Source: an uncultured archaeon (GTDB lineage Archaea > Altiarchaeota > Altiarchaeia > IMC4 > SCGC-AAA252-I15). Taken from it: a stretch of 17,106 bases of DNA. The notes beneath the pieces were generated by a model that saw nothing but the letters and a program-made list of their open reading frames with translations, was not told the DNA's origin and made no database searches. Positions 1-8,931 of the stretch are shown here, one piece after another (within the stretch, counting starts at the first letter, position 1; every line of letters begins with the position of its first letter). Location: contig CABMCB010000083.1 in NCBI GenBank assembly GCA_902384455.1, positions 1-17,106 of the forward strand, in the 5' to 3' direction. Position numbers and translations under genes: made by a program.

Positions 1-130
1 TCCAACTTACAAGTGCGAGTTCTTTTCGTCCCATCAGTACAAGGAATTCGTTGCCGCTGTCTCTCTCGATGAGTAGGTCCATGCCGCCGTTGCGTTCGTT
101 AGGTTGCAATTTCATGACTTTTTGCTTCAA
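1..130 (-). CDS. Hypothetical protein, 5' part only (MKQKVMKLQPNERNGGMDLLIERDSGNEFLVLMGRKELALVSW...), runs off the window edge
   Basis: Translated by hand. TTG start lies 7 nt downstream of the GGGTG at 138-142, and the frame is open to position 1. Confidence 0.6.
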   Translation of the reverse strand, partial: MKQKVMKLQPNERNGGMDLLIERDSGNEFLVLMGRKELALVSW

Positions 131-157
131 TTGCTGTCACCCAAAAAAGTGAGCAAC

Positions 158-409
158 TTACGTTGCATGTCGGTCGTTATATTTTGGGCAGAATTCTTGG
201 CATCGCAAGTTGCCCATTCGGTCATCGGTTCCGTCTATGATGAAGGCGCAGGCGTTAGCGTCGAACGGGCAGGGGTCGCCTGTATCCATTCCCGGCTGTT
301 TGCGGTAGATTTCCATGCTTCCGCATTTTCCGTTTTTGCTACGGTAGAAACACATGCTGATTTTGACGTCTTCTCTGCTGTTGATTTCTGGCTTTTTCTC
401 TGAAGGCAT
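158..409 (-). CDS. Small Cys-rich hypothetical protein (83 aa)
   Basis: ATG 6 nt after GGGTG (416-420); six Cys; T-tract follows the stop. Confidence 0.7.
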   Translation of the reverse strand: MPSEKKPEINSREDVKISMCFYRSKNGKCGSMEIYRKQPGMDTGDPCPFDANACAFIIDGTDDRMGNLRCQEFCPKYNDRHAT

Positions 410-484
410 TTATTTCACCCATGCCGATACAAAAAATTTGTAGAACATTTATAACGATTCGCGGTAAATAACACTTGACCCAAC

Positions 485-2071
485 ATGAAACGCTCTGTTG
501 CTTTAGCTATAATCGGACTTTTACTATTATCCAGTTTACTATTGACCGTTAAATTTGCCAGCGCTGGGACCCTTATGCATAGTGAGGATTTCGAATCGGG
601 TGCCGCCGCTGATTTCTGGTCGTGGGAAACCGCACCATTCGATACATCAGGCACAATATCGACAACTGCTCAATATGTGCACTCAGGTACCCATGGTGCT
701 TATTTCTCAGGTCCATACACAAATTATCTAAATTGTGAATCAACTCCTAATAGTGCCGAAAAACAAACTTTTACTATTTGGGCTAAATTCTCAGATACCG
801 CTACGGACCCTAACCTTGGCACTTCTATAATTGACGCTTTTTGGGACTCAGATTATACCTATGCCAATCTTGGTACTGACGGGAATAACCACATCAACCT
901 TTCACTTATTGACAGTAATGCTGATTCCCATGGGGAAGCTCTTGTTTCAAGGAACACTTGGCATAACATAACCATGACTGTTTTGCTGACAGAAGGCGCC
1001 TCAATAGTTGATTCTGCTTTATACTTGGATGGCACTCAAGTTGGAACATCCTCTGTAACTTTGGGGAGTCCAACAGCAACAGATTCTTTTTCAATCGAAG
1101 TCAGCGTTTTCGCATACTCAGGGTACGTTGCAATGGATGACATTAAGCACTATTCTGGCTCTACGTTGGTTAACTCTGTAGACTTGGAATGTGGGGGTTG
1201 GGGCGCAGATTGGACGAAGGGGGTTTCGCCAAAAAGTGGCTATGTTGTCTCTGACACCGCAGATTATATCCACTCGGGCGATTATGGTGCATACTTCGCC
1301 CACTATGATGACGGGTCAACTTCCAACAACATGTACTACAAACCCGCTACGCTGTCTCCCACTGTAGAAAACAGTCTTGCAAATGCTCGGGTATTCACTG
1401 TTTGGGCAAAATTCTCAGCTACATCAAGCGACCCGACAGCTTTCAACTCTAATCCCGCGAACTTTTTCGTATTTTGGCTTACCGATGCCATGACAGGTTT
1501 TGCTATATCTTCCCCAAACGCTAACAACCAATTAACTATCGATACCTTTGACACGGCAAGTTCTATACCTCTTCAGCGCGATACATGGCTAAACTGTACT
1601 GCCGCATTCTATTTTACATCAAACACTGACCCTGAGTCAATGGAAGAGCAACCATACATACTCCATGCGCTCTTTTATGTCAACGGTGTTGCTGACGGTG
1701 CCCGTGAAATACCTCGAACTGAAGCTCAAGTATCAACTCCCACTGCTGGGAATGTTTATCTGTACAACTTCAATTGGGCAGACGGGTATGTTGCAGTCGA
1801 TGACTTCAAAGAAACAATTGGCGGCGACAGCGGTTCAACTCCAACACCCACTCCTACAGCTACGCCAACTTCAACTCCACATTCGGGAACTGTGAGCGGC
1901 AGTAGCGGAACCCACAAAAGCACTTCAACACCAACAGTTGCCCCCTCTGAAACCGACGCCGGTATCTTGGGCTTTTTAGCTCTCGTGCCATGGTGGCTCT
2001 GGGCGATAATTGCTGGCTGTATCGTTGTCGCTATACTGATTGTGGTACAAGCGAAAACGGACCACCCATGA
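485..2071 (+). CDS. Cell-surface protein: signal peptide, two tandem LamG/concanavalin A-like beta-sandwich domains, Pro/Thr/Ser linker, C-terminal TM anchor (528 aa)
   Basis: Hydrophobic N-terminus ending ASA. Duplicated motifs YvHSG..GAYF, FT.WAKFS, W.N.T, LY.DG/FYVNG and GYVA.DD.K, which resemble LamG. TPTPTPT linker and hydrophobic C-terminus. TTTATAA at 448-454. Confidence 0.8.
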   Translation: MKRSVALAIIGLLLLSSLLLTVKFASAGTLMHSEDFESGAAADFWSWETAPFDTSGTISTTAQYVHSGTHGAYFSGPYTNYLNCESTPNSAEKQTFTIWAKFSDTATDPNLGTSIIDAFWDSDYTYANLGTDGNNHINLSLIDSNADSHGEALVSRNTWHNITMTVLLTEGASIVDSALYLDGTQVGTSSVTLGSPTATDSFSIEVSVFAYSGYVAMDDIKHYSGSTLVNSVDLECGGWGADWTKGVSPKSGYVVSDTADYIHSGDYGAYFAHYDDGSTSNNMYYKPATLSPTVENSLANARVFTVWAKFSATSSDPTAFNSNPANFFVFWLTDAMTGFAISSPNANNQLTIDTFDTASSIPLQRDTWLNCTAAFYFTSNTDPESMEEQPYILHALFYVNGVADGAREIPRTEAQVSTPTAGNVYLYNFNWADGYVAVDDFKETIGGDSGSTPTPTPTATPTSTPHSGTVSGSSGTHKSTSTPTVAPSETDAGILGFLALVPWWLWAIIAGCIVVAILIVVQAKTDHP

Positions 2072-2078
2072 AAAAAAG

Positions 2079-2441
2079 TTAGGACTCATCAGCTTGAACT
2101 TCAAAGTCCTCTTGGTAGATGTCACGCAATGAGTCCTCAGCTTCCCCAACACTTTTTTCAGCTTTCTCAACTAAGAAGTAGGCGTCTGCCCTGTTGTCTT
2201 CAATGCGCTCTTTTTTGAATTTGCTGAGCTTTTCACTTAGCTCTGCCGCTTCCTCTTGAAGTGCTTTTGCTTCCTCTATGGGCGTCATAGGGCGCTTAAT
2301 TTTTATCGTAACAATGTCTTGAGGTTTCAATTCTAAGCGACGAGTAACTGACTTTTTCATGTTCTCGACGAATTCTTCCTGACTGCACTTTGGGTTGGGG
2401 AAATCTTCTGGTGCTCCCTGTACTATAACTTCAACTGGCAT
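2079..2441 (-). CDS. Hypothetical protein with a coiled-coil-like C-terminal half (120 aa)
   Basis: ATG 5 nt after GGGTG (2447-2451); E/K-rich helical segment. Confidence 0.75.
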   Translation of the reverse strand: MPVEVIVQGAPEDFPNPKCSQEEFVENMKKSVTRRLELKPQDIVTIKIKRPMTPIEEAKALQEEAAELSEKLSKFKKERIEDNRADAYFLVEKAEKSVGEAEDSLRDIYQEDFEVQADES

Positions 2442-2451
2442 TTTTTCACCC

Positions 2452-2480
2452 TAAAAATTTTTTTGATAAGCGCTAAATAG
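2452..2480 (+). promoter_or_regulatory. Conserved promoter (AT tract + GATAAGC + TATA-like box), copy 1
   Basis: TAAAAATTTTTTTGATAAGCGCTAAATAG; the first 20 nt are identical to 14347-14366. Confidence 0.65.
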
Positions 2481-2516
2481 GTAGCATACCCACTTCGCTA
2501 TTAAAGGTTGGTATTC

Positions 2517-3206
2517 ATGAAAAAATCACATGCATATGCTCTAATCGCAGTCGGCGTTATCGCCCTTGTCCTCAGCGCTGTCGTCCTACAATACACCAAC
2601 GTCTTCGCTACTGGCGCACCAAGCACTAAAATCGACGAAAAGAAAGCCACCCAAGATACTCAAGCGGCAGGCGGCATAGGCTACGTCTACGTTGCGGCAA
2701 TTTTGGGCTTTGAAGATGGAAGCACACAAGAAATCAGCACAAACACAACAATGTTCACACCCGTAAAACCGGCGTGGGTAGCATTCGAAAATCACACCCT
2801 TGTTTACATGCAAATTGACTTCAGAGCAACAATGGTTCAAGACATCGGAAGCTGGAACACCAAAGTAACATCACAAATAGAAGCATACAAAAGCTCATCA
2901 ATCCCTAAAACAAGCGCGTCTGCTGACTTCAAAATGAACGGTGCCTCATGGGGCGCTGGCGTAACAAAAACAATCTCTTCAACCACCCTGTCTCAAAGCC
3001 AAATCAACGAAGCTCTGACAAAGTGGGGCGACGGAGAATGGGTCTTCCAAATCAACAGCAAAGTAGCCCTAACATGCACTTTAAGCAACGGCGCTCAAGA
3101 CTACGTAGCAATTAACCCCTCGGCAGATATTAGCCTTACATTCGCAGGTCAAGAACCGACAAATGGCATGGCAACGATGAACGTCAACATCATGGCTGGA
3201 CAGTAA
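2517..3206 (+). CDS. Secreted or N-terminally anchored hypothetical protein (229 aa)
   Basis: MKK followed by a hydrophobic stretch; T/S-rich beta-like body. ATG 2517 preferred over TTG 2508 because AGGTTGG lies upstream. Conserved promoter at 2452-2480. Confidence 0.8.
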   Translation: MKKSHAYALIAVGVIALVLSAVVLQYTNVFATGAPSTKIDEKKATQDTQAAGGIGYVYVAAILGFEDGSTQEISTNTTMFTPVKPAWVAFENHTLVYMQIDFRATMVQDIGSWNTKVTSQIEAYKSSSIPKTSASADFKMNGASWGAGVTKTISSTTLSQSQINEALTKWGDGEWVFQINSKVALTCTLSNGAQDYVAINPSADISLTFAGQEPTNGMATMNVNIMAGQ

Positions 3207-3243
3207 ACTGTCCCTTCCACTCTTTTTTCACCCATAGAAAAAT

Positions 3244-3260
3244 GTAGCAGTTGCTACTTT
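3244..3260. repeat. Palindrome GTAGCAGTTGCTAC(TTT), identical copy at 9628-9644
   Basis: 17-nt exact repeat overlapping the TAG stops of two unrelated genes; variants at 7894-7907 and 11616-11629. Confidence 0.75.
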
Positions 3261-5362
3261 TCGGTTTTATCTGGGAGCTTCAGTTGGTCGTCTGAAAGCA
3301 TTATTCCCGTATGTCCCCAATGAATCGTAGTAACGTATGTGTTTGGCTTGTGGGTCTCGGCGTCAGGTGGTGTCAGCTTCTTTAGGCATCGGTTGCATAT
3401 TGGAATCGCCACCGATAATTCTGGGGTGTCGTCGTCCCAATATTCATATGCTTCCTCTTTTTTCTCGTCAAAGTTGTAGTTAGTATGCATTGAGTGCCGT
3501 CTAAAGAATGGGTCTCTGATTTTATCCATAGGGTCAACGTCTTGTAGTCGACTGTTGCCGATGTATGCATCGTTCTGTTGGTGTAGGTGCTCTACGATGT
3601 CGCGTTGTAGCTCTTCTGGTTTTACGCCGAAAAAGGCGCAGATTTGCCGGTAGTCTTGGAATTTCAACTCGACAATAACGTGCCATCTATACTTTTTACA
3701 GCATGGGCATGGCGTTTTGTATCTGTCCTCTGCGTACCTTGAGAGATGATACTTGCCGAGTTCGTTCCAAATTACAGAGGTCGTGTTCTTGAGACCATAT
3801 TTTGCATCTGTCATTGTGGGAATTGTATCGTGCCCCCATCGGTAGTATGAAGCTGGGCTTACTCCCCGCCGCATTCTTCCTTCGCGGTCCCTTTCTAAGG
3901 GGCGTATGTCTGTGTAGAGCTTTAGTATCGGCACCTGAATCAATGTAGGTTCTTTGACGTCTTGGGTTCCAAACTCAGTGTAGCGCTCAGTAAAAGCGGG
4001 GTACCCCATAAATGGGTAGAGCCTATTGCCTAGCGCTTTCTTAACTACTTCTACGACGTCATGGCTTTTTATGAAGGTTTCAAACCATTTGAAGGCTTGT
4101 TCAGCACTTGCTTTGTAGTCAATGTGAAGCTGTTTTTTCACTTCGATAGCGACTTTTTCTCTTTTCTGGTACTCGATGACTGCGGTCACGTATTCTTTTG
4201 TGCCGATTACTCCTAAGAGGCAATTGCGGTCAATGGGTGTGATGCTTGTAATTTTCGAGGCGTATTTGTTGACTAAGTAACTGCTCGCGTCTGCGTGGCT
4301 TTCTGATTTTGGTCTGGTGAAGTCGATTTTGCCTGTTTTGTCTTCCAGCATTTTTAGAGCTTCGTTAGGCGTGATGCCCTGCTCTATTTTGTTTTCTTGG
4401 CAGTTGATGTAGTGTAAGACTCTGAAAACGAAAAGACTGAGCCATGCTCCGTTTTCTGGCTCTTTTTCGAACATCGCTTTGAGGGACCCACGAATTAAGA
4501 CTTTGCGCTTTTTGATGGTGATTGCTGTGCAGGTTGACGGCTTGGCTTCCGTTAGCAGTTGGTCATAGGGTAGCCACATGTTGCCGAATCGTCGCTCAAG
4601 GTAATCGTCGGGTTTTCGGTCGCCAGATGGATTGTTGATGTCTAAACGTCTCTCTGAGTTTTCTACGACGTAAAGCGTTTGTTTCCATATGATAAAGAAG
4701 TACACGTTAGGCTTGTAGTAGTATATCTTGTGTCGCATGAATGTCATTATCAGGTAGTTACCTTTTTGTTGCTGGGTCTTCTCGAAGAACTTGTTTTCGA
4801 AATACCAGATTAGGTCTTCTGGGTCTTCGATTTCCAGTAAATCGTCAAACAAGATGAGGTCTTCGCTTTCTGTTGGTGCAATCTTTAGGTCGGCAATTTT
4901 GAGTACTTGGAATTGACATCGGTCGGTGCCGATTGATACTTTGGCACAGTCATAAACGGCTTGTAGAACCCGGTCATTAAGAATTGGCGTCAGCCACTGT
5001 TTGAGTGTTGCATAGGATTTTGTGCTGTTCATGACGATAGCGAGAAACTTGTTTCTGTCTTCCTCGCTGAATTCTTGAAGGTCTGTGATTAGGAAGTCAA
5101 TTTTGGTAGTGTAGTTCTGGTAGAGGTTGATTGCTTTTATGAGCCATTCCCAAGGTGTGCCCTGCGCCCGTTCAATAAGCTCTTTGATGTCGTCGTGAAG
5201 CCAACAATCGTTTCCTGAGCCTTGAAAGTAGTTTTTGTCTTTGAATTTTTGGTATAATTCAACGCCGCGTTTGTTGTTTAGCTGGCGATAAATGAGTAAA
5301 TCGTTAATTGCGTCCAGAATTGCTTGCGGGGGATTCATGTAACTTCTGAAGTCGAATGTCAA
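3254..5362 (-). CDS. Large hypothetical protein (702 aa) with possible Zn-binding CPCC...CNRC pairs near the C-terminus
   Basis: Long ORF; TTG 6 nt after GGGTG (5369-5373). I recognise no family. Confidence 0.85.
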   Translation of the reverse strand: MTFDFRSYMNPPQAILDAINDLLIYRQLNNKRGVELYQKFKDKNYFQGSGNDCWLHDDIKELIERAQGTPWEWLIKAINLYQNYTTKIDFLITDLQEFSEEDRNKFLAIVMNSTKSYATLKQWLTPILNDRVLQAVYDCAKVSIGTDRCQFQVLKIADLKIAPTESEDLILFDDLLEIEDPEDLIWYFENKFFEKTQQQKGNYLIMTFMRHKIYYYKPNVYFFIIWKQTLYVVENSERRLDINNPSGDRKPDDYLERRFGNMWLPYDQLLTEAKPSTCTAITIKKRKVLIRGSLKAMFEKEPENGAWLSLFVFRVLHYINCQENKIEQGITPNEALKMLEDKTGKIDFTRPKSESHADASSYLVNKYASKITSITPIDRNCLLGVIGTKEYVTAVIEYQKREKVAIEVKKQLHIDYKASAEQAFKWFETFIKSHDVVEVVKKALGNRLYPFMGYPAFTERYTEFGTQDVKEPTLIQVPILKLYTDIRPLERDREGRMRRGVSPASYYRWGHDTIPTMTDAKYGLKNTTSVIWNELGKYHLSRYAEDRYKTPCPCCKKYRWHVIVELKFQDYRQICAFFGVKPEELQRDIVEHLHQQNDAYIGNSRLQDVDPMDKIRDPFFRRHSMHTNYNFDEKKEEAYEYWDDDTPELSVAIPICNRCLKKLTPPDAETHKPNTYVTTIHWGHTGIMLSDDQLKLPDKTEK

Positions 5363-5385
5363 TTAAAACACCCAAGGAAAAAAGA

Positions 5386-5613
5386 TTAGGGATTTGTTGG
5401 AAGATTAACTTTGTCATCTTTGAAGTGTATCGTTAAGAACAAGAGTTTGCGCTGTTTTTCCTTTAGCTGAGCTATGGTTCCGTCGATTTCTTGATTGTTC
5501 TTTTGTAGTTTTTTGATGGTCTCAGCGTTTTCTTTTCGTAAGTCTTGAAGCTGTTTAATCGATGCGCCTATCTCTCGGTATTCATCATGTGGGTTCTTTG
5601 TGGGGGTGCTCAT
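5386..5613 (-). CDS. Small coiled-coil hypothetical protein (75 aa)
   Basis: Heptad-like pattern. Start overlaps the end of the upstream gene and uses GTGG rather than TGGGTG. Confidence 0.7.
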   Translation of the reverse strand: MSTPTKNPHDEYREIGASIKQLQDLRKENAETIKKLQKNNQEIDGTIAQLKEKQRKLLFLTIHFKDDKVNLPTNP

Positions 5614-6031
5614 TTAACCACTTTATGTATCGTTCATAGGCAAAGTCGCCGAAGGTGCCGTCACTGTTGAAGTCATAACCCTTATTTCCGTAAAAACCGG
5701 GATTCGCTGTTTCTTTTTGCAATGGTTCAACAACTTGCGCCATGAATTGGTCCCACGTATAGCGCCTGTCGTAGCTGTCGTAGATTGTTGCCGTACCGAT
5801 TACTTTCTTCCATTCTTCAATGGTTCTTGCTTCCAACTGTTGCCATTTGCCGTCGACTTTGATGTTGACGTATGGTCGCCACTCGAAGAGAAACCTGAAT
5901 TTTGTGCCGTTTTCTGATGTTTCCTTTATGGTTCTGCCTAGTAGAATCGCATCAAATCGTTCGCAACTTCCGCACTTGTTCGCTTCAAAGTAGAATTTTA
6001 CTTCAAAAAGACCGCTTGGAGCGTAGTCCAA
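5585..6031 (-). CDS. Hypothetical protein (148 aa; MDYAPSGLFEVK...) with CGSC motif
   Basis: Start moved from 6115 to TTG 6031, 6 nt after GGGTG (6038-6042), because 6051-6176 holds a separate gene. Confidence 0.7.
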   Translation of the reverse strand: MDYAPSGLFEVKFYFEANKCGSCERFDAILLGRTIKETSENGTKFRFLFEWRPYVNIKVDGKWQQLEARTIEEWKKVIGTATIYDSYDRRYTWDQFMAQVVEPLQKETANPGFYGNKGYDFNSDGTFGDFAYERYIKWLNEHPHKEPT

Positions 6032-6050
6032 TAAATTCACCCAAAAATAG

Positions 6051-6176
6051 TTATGGCGCTGGCAGTCCTCTTTTCTTCCAGCATTTTGAACAAAGTATTT
6101 CTCCCGTTCCCCCATGACGAGTGTTTTTAGGGACGGGATTATGGCACACGTCGCAAAATTCTATGTCACTACTCAT
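6051..6176 (-). CDS. 41-aa zinc-finger microprotein MSSDIEFCDVCHNPVPKNTRHGGTGEILCSKCWKKRGLPAP (not in the ORF track)
   Basis: Translated by hand. CxxC-x17-CxxC. ATG 8 nt after GGGTG (6185-6189); stop 7 nt before the next junction motif (6038-6043). Confidence 0.75.
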   Translation of the reverse strand: MSSDIEFCDVCHNPVPKNTRHGGTGEILCSKCWKKRGLPAP

Positions 6177-6207
6177 CTTAAATGCACCCAAATAGAAAAA
6201 GGAAAAT

Positions 6208-6849
6208 TTAGGGGTTAGCGGAGTTCGCCAACGTGGTTGATGTTACTGGCACGATTTCTGTCTCCGCAGGTGCTTCAGGCACGGGTTGCGGCTCAGTGGC
6301 GGCAACTGCCGGTACTGGCTCTTCAGTTTGTGGTTCCGCTGGGACTTCGACAGGTGTTTCCGCGGGCGCTTCAATTATCGGTATTTGCTCTTGGACTGGC
6401 TCGGGCTGAGACGCTGGCTCAGGCGGCGCTTCTATAACTGGCGCTGGGGGTGCTTCGATTGGTTGTGTTGGTGCCGGTGTTTGTTGGTCCGCGAAGGCTA
6501 CGGCAATTTCTTCCGTGAATTTCTTGATTACCTGCGCAACTCGAATGCATTTTTTCGTGATTATGATGTCGTCACCGCTTCCCCGTTTACGGTGATACTT
6601 GATTGCCAAGCCCATATCTATGGCTTCGGTTTTTCGGCGTTGTAGTGTAATGCTCGATATGGTTCCGCCATGGCTTTTAATCCATGCGAAAATGTCTTTG
6701 TTGCCGATTATGACCTGAACTTCTGGGTCAATGGGTTGTGGTAACAAAGCTTTTCGTGCGGCGTCAAGCTCAGCGATGGCGATGATGAAGTCGAAAGTAT
6801 GGCTACTGCCGTCCTTACCTGTGCTTTGTAGGTATTCTAAGATGTCCAT
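6208..6849 (-). CDS. Hypothetical protein with a Pro/Glu/Ala-rich low-complexity C-terminal tail (213 aa)
   Basis: ATG 7 nt after GGGTG; repeated IEAP / EP.P elements. Confidence 0.8.
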   Translation of the reverse strand: MDILEYLQSTGKDGSSHTFDFIIAIAELDAARKALLPQPIDPEVQVIIGNKDIFAWIKSHGGTISSITLQRRKTEAIDMGLAIKYHRKRGSGDDIIITKKCIRVAQVIKKFTEEIAVAFADQQTPAPTQPIEAPPAPVIEAPPEPASQPEPVQEQIPIIEAPAETPVEVPAEPQTEEPVPAVAATEPQPVPEAPAETEIVPVTSTTLANSANP

Positions 6850-6871
6850 TTGAGTTCACCCACGATTCATA

Positions 6872-6898
6872 CAAATTTTTTGAATAAGCGCTAAATAG
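6872..6898 (+). promoter_or_regulatory. Conserved promoter, copy 2
   Basis: CAAATTTTTTGAATAAGCGCTAAATAG; shares ATAAGCGCTAAATAG with copy 1. Confidence 0.65.
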
Positions 6899-6920
6899 TC
6901 TCTTCTACTATTTGAAACCT

Positions 6921-7190
6921 ATGCCCTCAGAAATTTCTAAAGCTGTTCAAGATGGCGAAGGACTCCGTGAAGCATTCACAAGCTGTGTCGAAGAAAACGG
7001 TCGACCAATTTGCGAAGCCCAGCTATTGACTGCCCTGATAGTTTCTGAAGCCGCCGCCCAAGAAAATTATGACGTCTCCGCCGAATTGATGCCTAACCAC
7101 GCACGTAAATTCACTGAAATAAAGGGCGAAGAAAAAGTGCACTGGCGCGAACTTGGTGCCATTTCAAAGACCCTCCTTATGAACAGGTGA
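6921..7190 (+). CDS. Hypothetical protein (89 aa), probably leaderless, first gene of a two-gene unit
   Basis: ATG about 25-30 nt after the conserved promoter at 6872-6898. Confidence 0.7.
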   Translation: MPSEISKAVQDGEGLREAFTSCVEENGRPICEAQLLTALIVSEAAAQENYDVSAELMPNHARKFTEIKGEEKVHWRELGAISKTLLMNR

Positions 7191-7196
7191 TAGTTT

Positions 7197-7877
7197 TTGC
7201 GAAAACAAGCTCTCACCGCTCAAGTAGTAAAACGCCAATTTGGTCCCCAACTCAAAGCAATAGTTGAGGCAACAAACAAAGACAACCTTGAGCGCGGCAT
7301 ACGTTTCTGCCGAACCATGGATGGCAAACTGTTTTTAGGCGGACGCGACGACCTCCGCGGTCACTTATTCCCCGGAGAACCAGACATTGGCACTTCCACC
7401 GAAACATCTTTCGGCGGCTGTCCAAACGACAGCGAAAACGGTCATGTTGGCGTAGGAAGCTTCCATACTCACCCAGCACCCGGTACTAACGGACCAAGCC
7501 CAGCGGACATAAACACCTATGGCAGTAACGCGCAACATCGCAAGTATCCCAGCATTTTCCATTATGACGACACGCCCTATGGCAAAAGCGAGCTTGATTG
7601 CATCGCTGACAGCAAAGGTGAAATGATTTGCATAACTGGCGTTGACAGGGGAAAAGCCGCTGGATACGACATTATTTTTGCTCTTGGCGGCGACAAAGAA
7701 ATGGCTGAATGTCTGAAAGAACTCAAGCGAAAGCATCCCGGCGAGAACATAAGTCCGTATGATACTGAAGGTGCTGACATCGGCATAGTTGCGGAAGCTG
7801 AATCGAAGTGCGCTGACCCCTTCTTTAGGCGATATGCGGATAGTAACGATATAACGTTCTCTACTGTGACTCTGTAG
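7197..7877 (+). CDS. JAB/MPN (JAMM)-like metalloenzyme domain protein (226 aa)
   Basis: E(RG)...GSFHTHPAPGTNGPSPAD fits E-xn-HxH-x7/8-SxxD. TTG start preceded by AGGTGA, which overlaps the upstream stop. Confidence 0.7.
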   Translation: MRKQALTAQVVKRQFGPQLKAIVEATNKDNLERGIRFCRTMDGKLFLGGRDDLRGHLFPGEPDIGTSTETSFGGCPNDSENGHVGVGSFHTHPAPGTNGPSPADINTYGSNAQHRKYPSIFHYDDTPYGKSELDCIADSKGEMICITGVDRGKAAGYDIIFALGGDKEMAECLKELKRKHPGENISPYDTEGADIGIVAEAESKCADPFFRRYADSNDITFSTVTL

Positions 7878-7903
7878 GCACCCAATAAAAAAAGTAGCGG
7901 ATG

Positions 7904-8158
7904 TTACTCTTTTTTAATTGTTTCGATGTAATAGACAAGCAAACCGTGGAAAACAACTGCATACATCATGAAGTTGCCCTTTCGTAGGTCCTTGAAAACG
8001 GGGACTTCGCCGGTAAGTCTTTTGTTGATGAAGTCGATGAATTCGTCTTCTGTGATTATTTCTATTGCGCTTGATTTTATGTGGATGGTTGCGCCGAGTA
8101 TGGTTACATTTTTTGCTTCATCTTTCAGGGTTTTCTCAAATTCTTCTATGTTGTCCAT
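7904..8158 (-). CDS. Hypothetical protein (84 aa)
   Basis: ATG 6 nt after GGGTG (8165-8169). Confidence 0.75.
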   Translation of the reverse strand: MDNIEEFEKTLKDEAKNVTILGATIHIKSSAIEIITEDEFIDFINKRLTGEVPVFKDLRKGNFMMYAVVFHGLLVYYIETIKKE

Positions 8159-8188
8159 TTAATGCACCCAAAGAAAAAAAGAAGAGAC

Positions 8189-8704
8189 TTATTTGGCTAT
8201 GATTGGCTGTTCAGGATTTTTCTGCTTTTTAGGACCGCGTGGACAATAATCGTTGCATACGCCCTTAAAACAGACGCATTCATAAAACGATTTGTCATGG
8301 CTGAAACCGTCTTCACGATGGATTTTGTGCTTCTTTCTACAGTATCTTTTCTGCTCTGCTTTGGTTTTGCCTTTCGGATTGCCCTTCACTAGATACCGGC
8401 AAATGTATTCTTCAAAGCCTTCCGTTCGAGCTTTGACAACCATTGCGATTGCTTCCTTCTCGGGAATGCCCAGAAGCTGTGAAGCTAACGCAATGTGATT
8501 ACAAAACATGCCGGCTTTGCATGCTGGACAGCTTACTAAGTGCTCTTTGTCGAGCATTAGTGTTTCAAAGTATGCTTTGAGTTTGGCGACCCACGTCTCA
8601 ATCTCTGCTCGGGAATATTCTACTGTGTCGTTTTTGCCTGACTCGCTACAGTGAATCATACCATGTGGAAAATTTGCGATTGTTGATTCTGGCATTGGTT
8701 CCAT
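8189..8704 (-). CDS. Cys/His-rich hypothetical protein (171 aa), possible SWIM-like Zn finger (CPAC-x5-CNH) plus a C-terminal Cys cluster
   Basis: ATG 6 nt after GGGTG; Cys pattern seen in the translation. Confidence 0.75.
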   Translation of the reverse strand: MEPMPESTIANFPHGMIHCSESGKNDTVEYSRAEIETWVAKLKAYFETLMLDKEHLVSCPACKAGMFCNHIALASQLLGIPEKEAIAMVVKARTEGFEEYICRYLVKGNPKGKTKAEQKRYCRKKHKIHREDGFSHDKSFYECVCFKGVCNDYCPRGPKKQKNPEQPIIAK

Positions 8705-8730
8705 TTATCTCACCCAAAAAAGGGCATCGC

Positions 8731-8907
8731 TTAATAGTTGCTTTTTTTCCGTTTGTACGTTTCACAGTGGAATGAATCGTTATCTTCGCCCCACGAGAAG
8801 TCAACTTCGGATGCTGAACAGTTGTTTACTGGCAACCCAGCGATGCTGATTGGTGGCTTTGGCATGTGATATTCACATGTTTCTGCTGGACAATTAATAC
8901 ATGGCAC
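8731..8907 (-). CDS. Small Cys-rich protein (58 aa; MPCINCPAETCEYH...)
   Basis: GTG 6 nt after GGGTG (8914-8918); CxxC-x4-CxxH. Confidence 0.65.
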   Translation of the reverse strand: MPCINCPAETCEYHMPKPPISIAGLPVNNCSASEVDFSWGEDNDSFHCETYKRKKSNY

Positions 8908-8931
8908 GTTTGTCACCCAAAAGAGAAAAAA

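Noticed and set aside
6032-6115. ORF-track N-terminal extensions crossing junction motifs (also 9205-9252, 11872-11886, 12634-12648, 13254-13265, 13671-13688, 14181-14342)
   Set aside because: Better starts exist 5-8 nt downstream of GGGTG, and the extensions overlap neighbouring genes or spacers.
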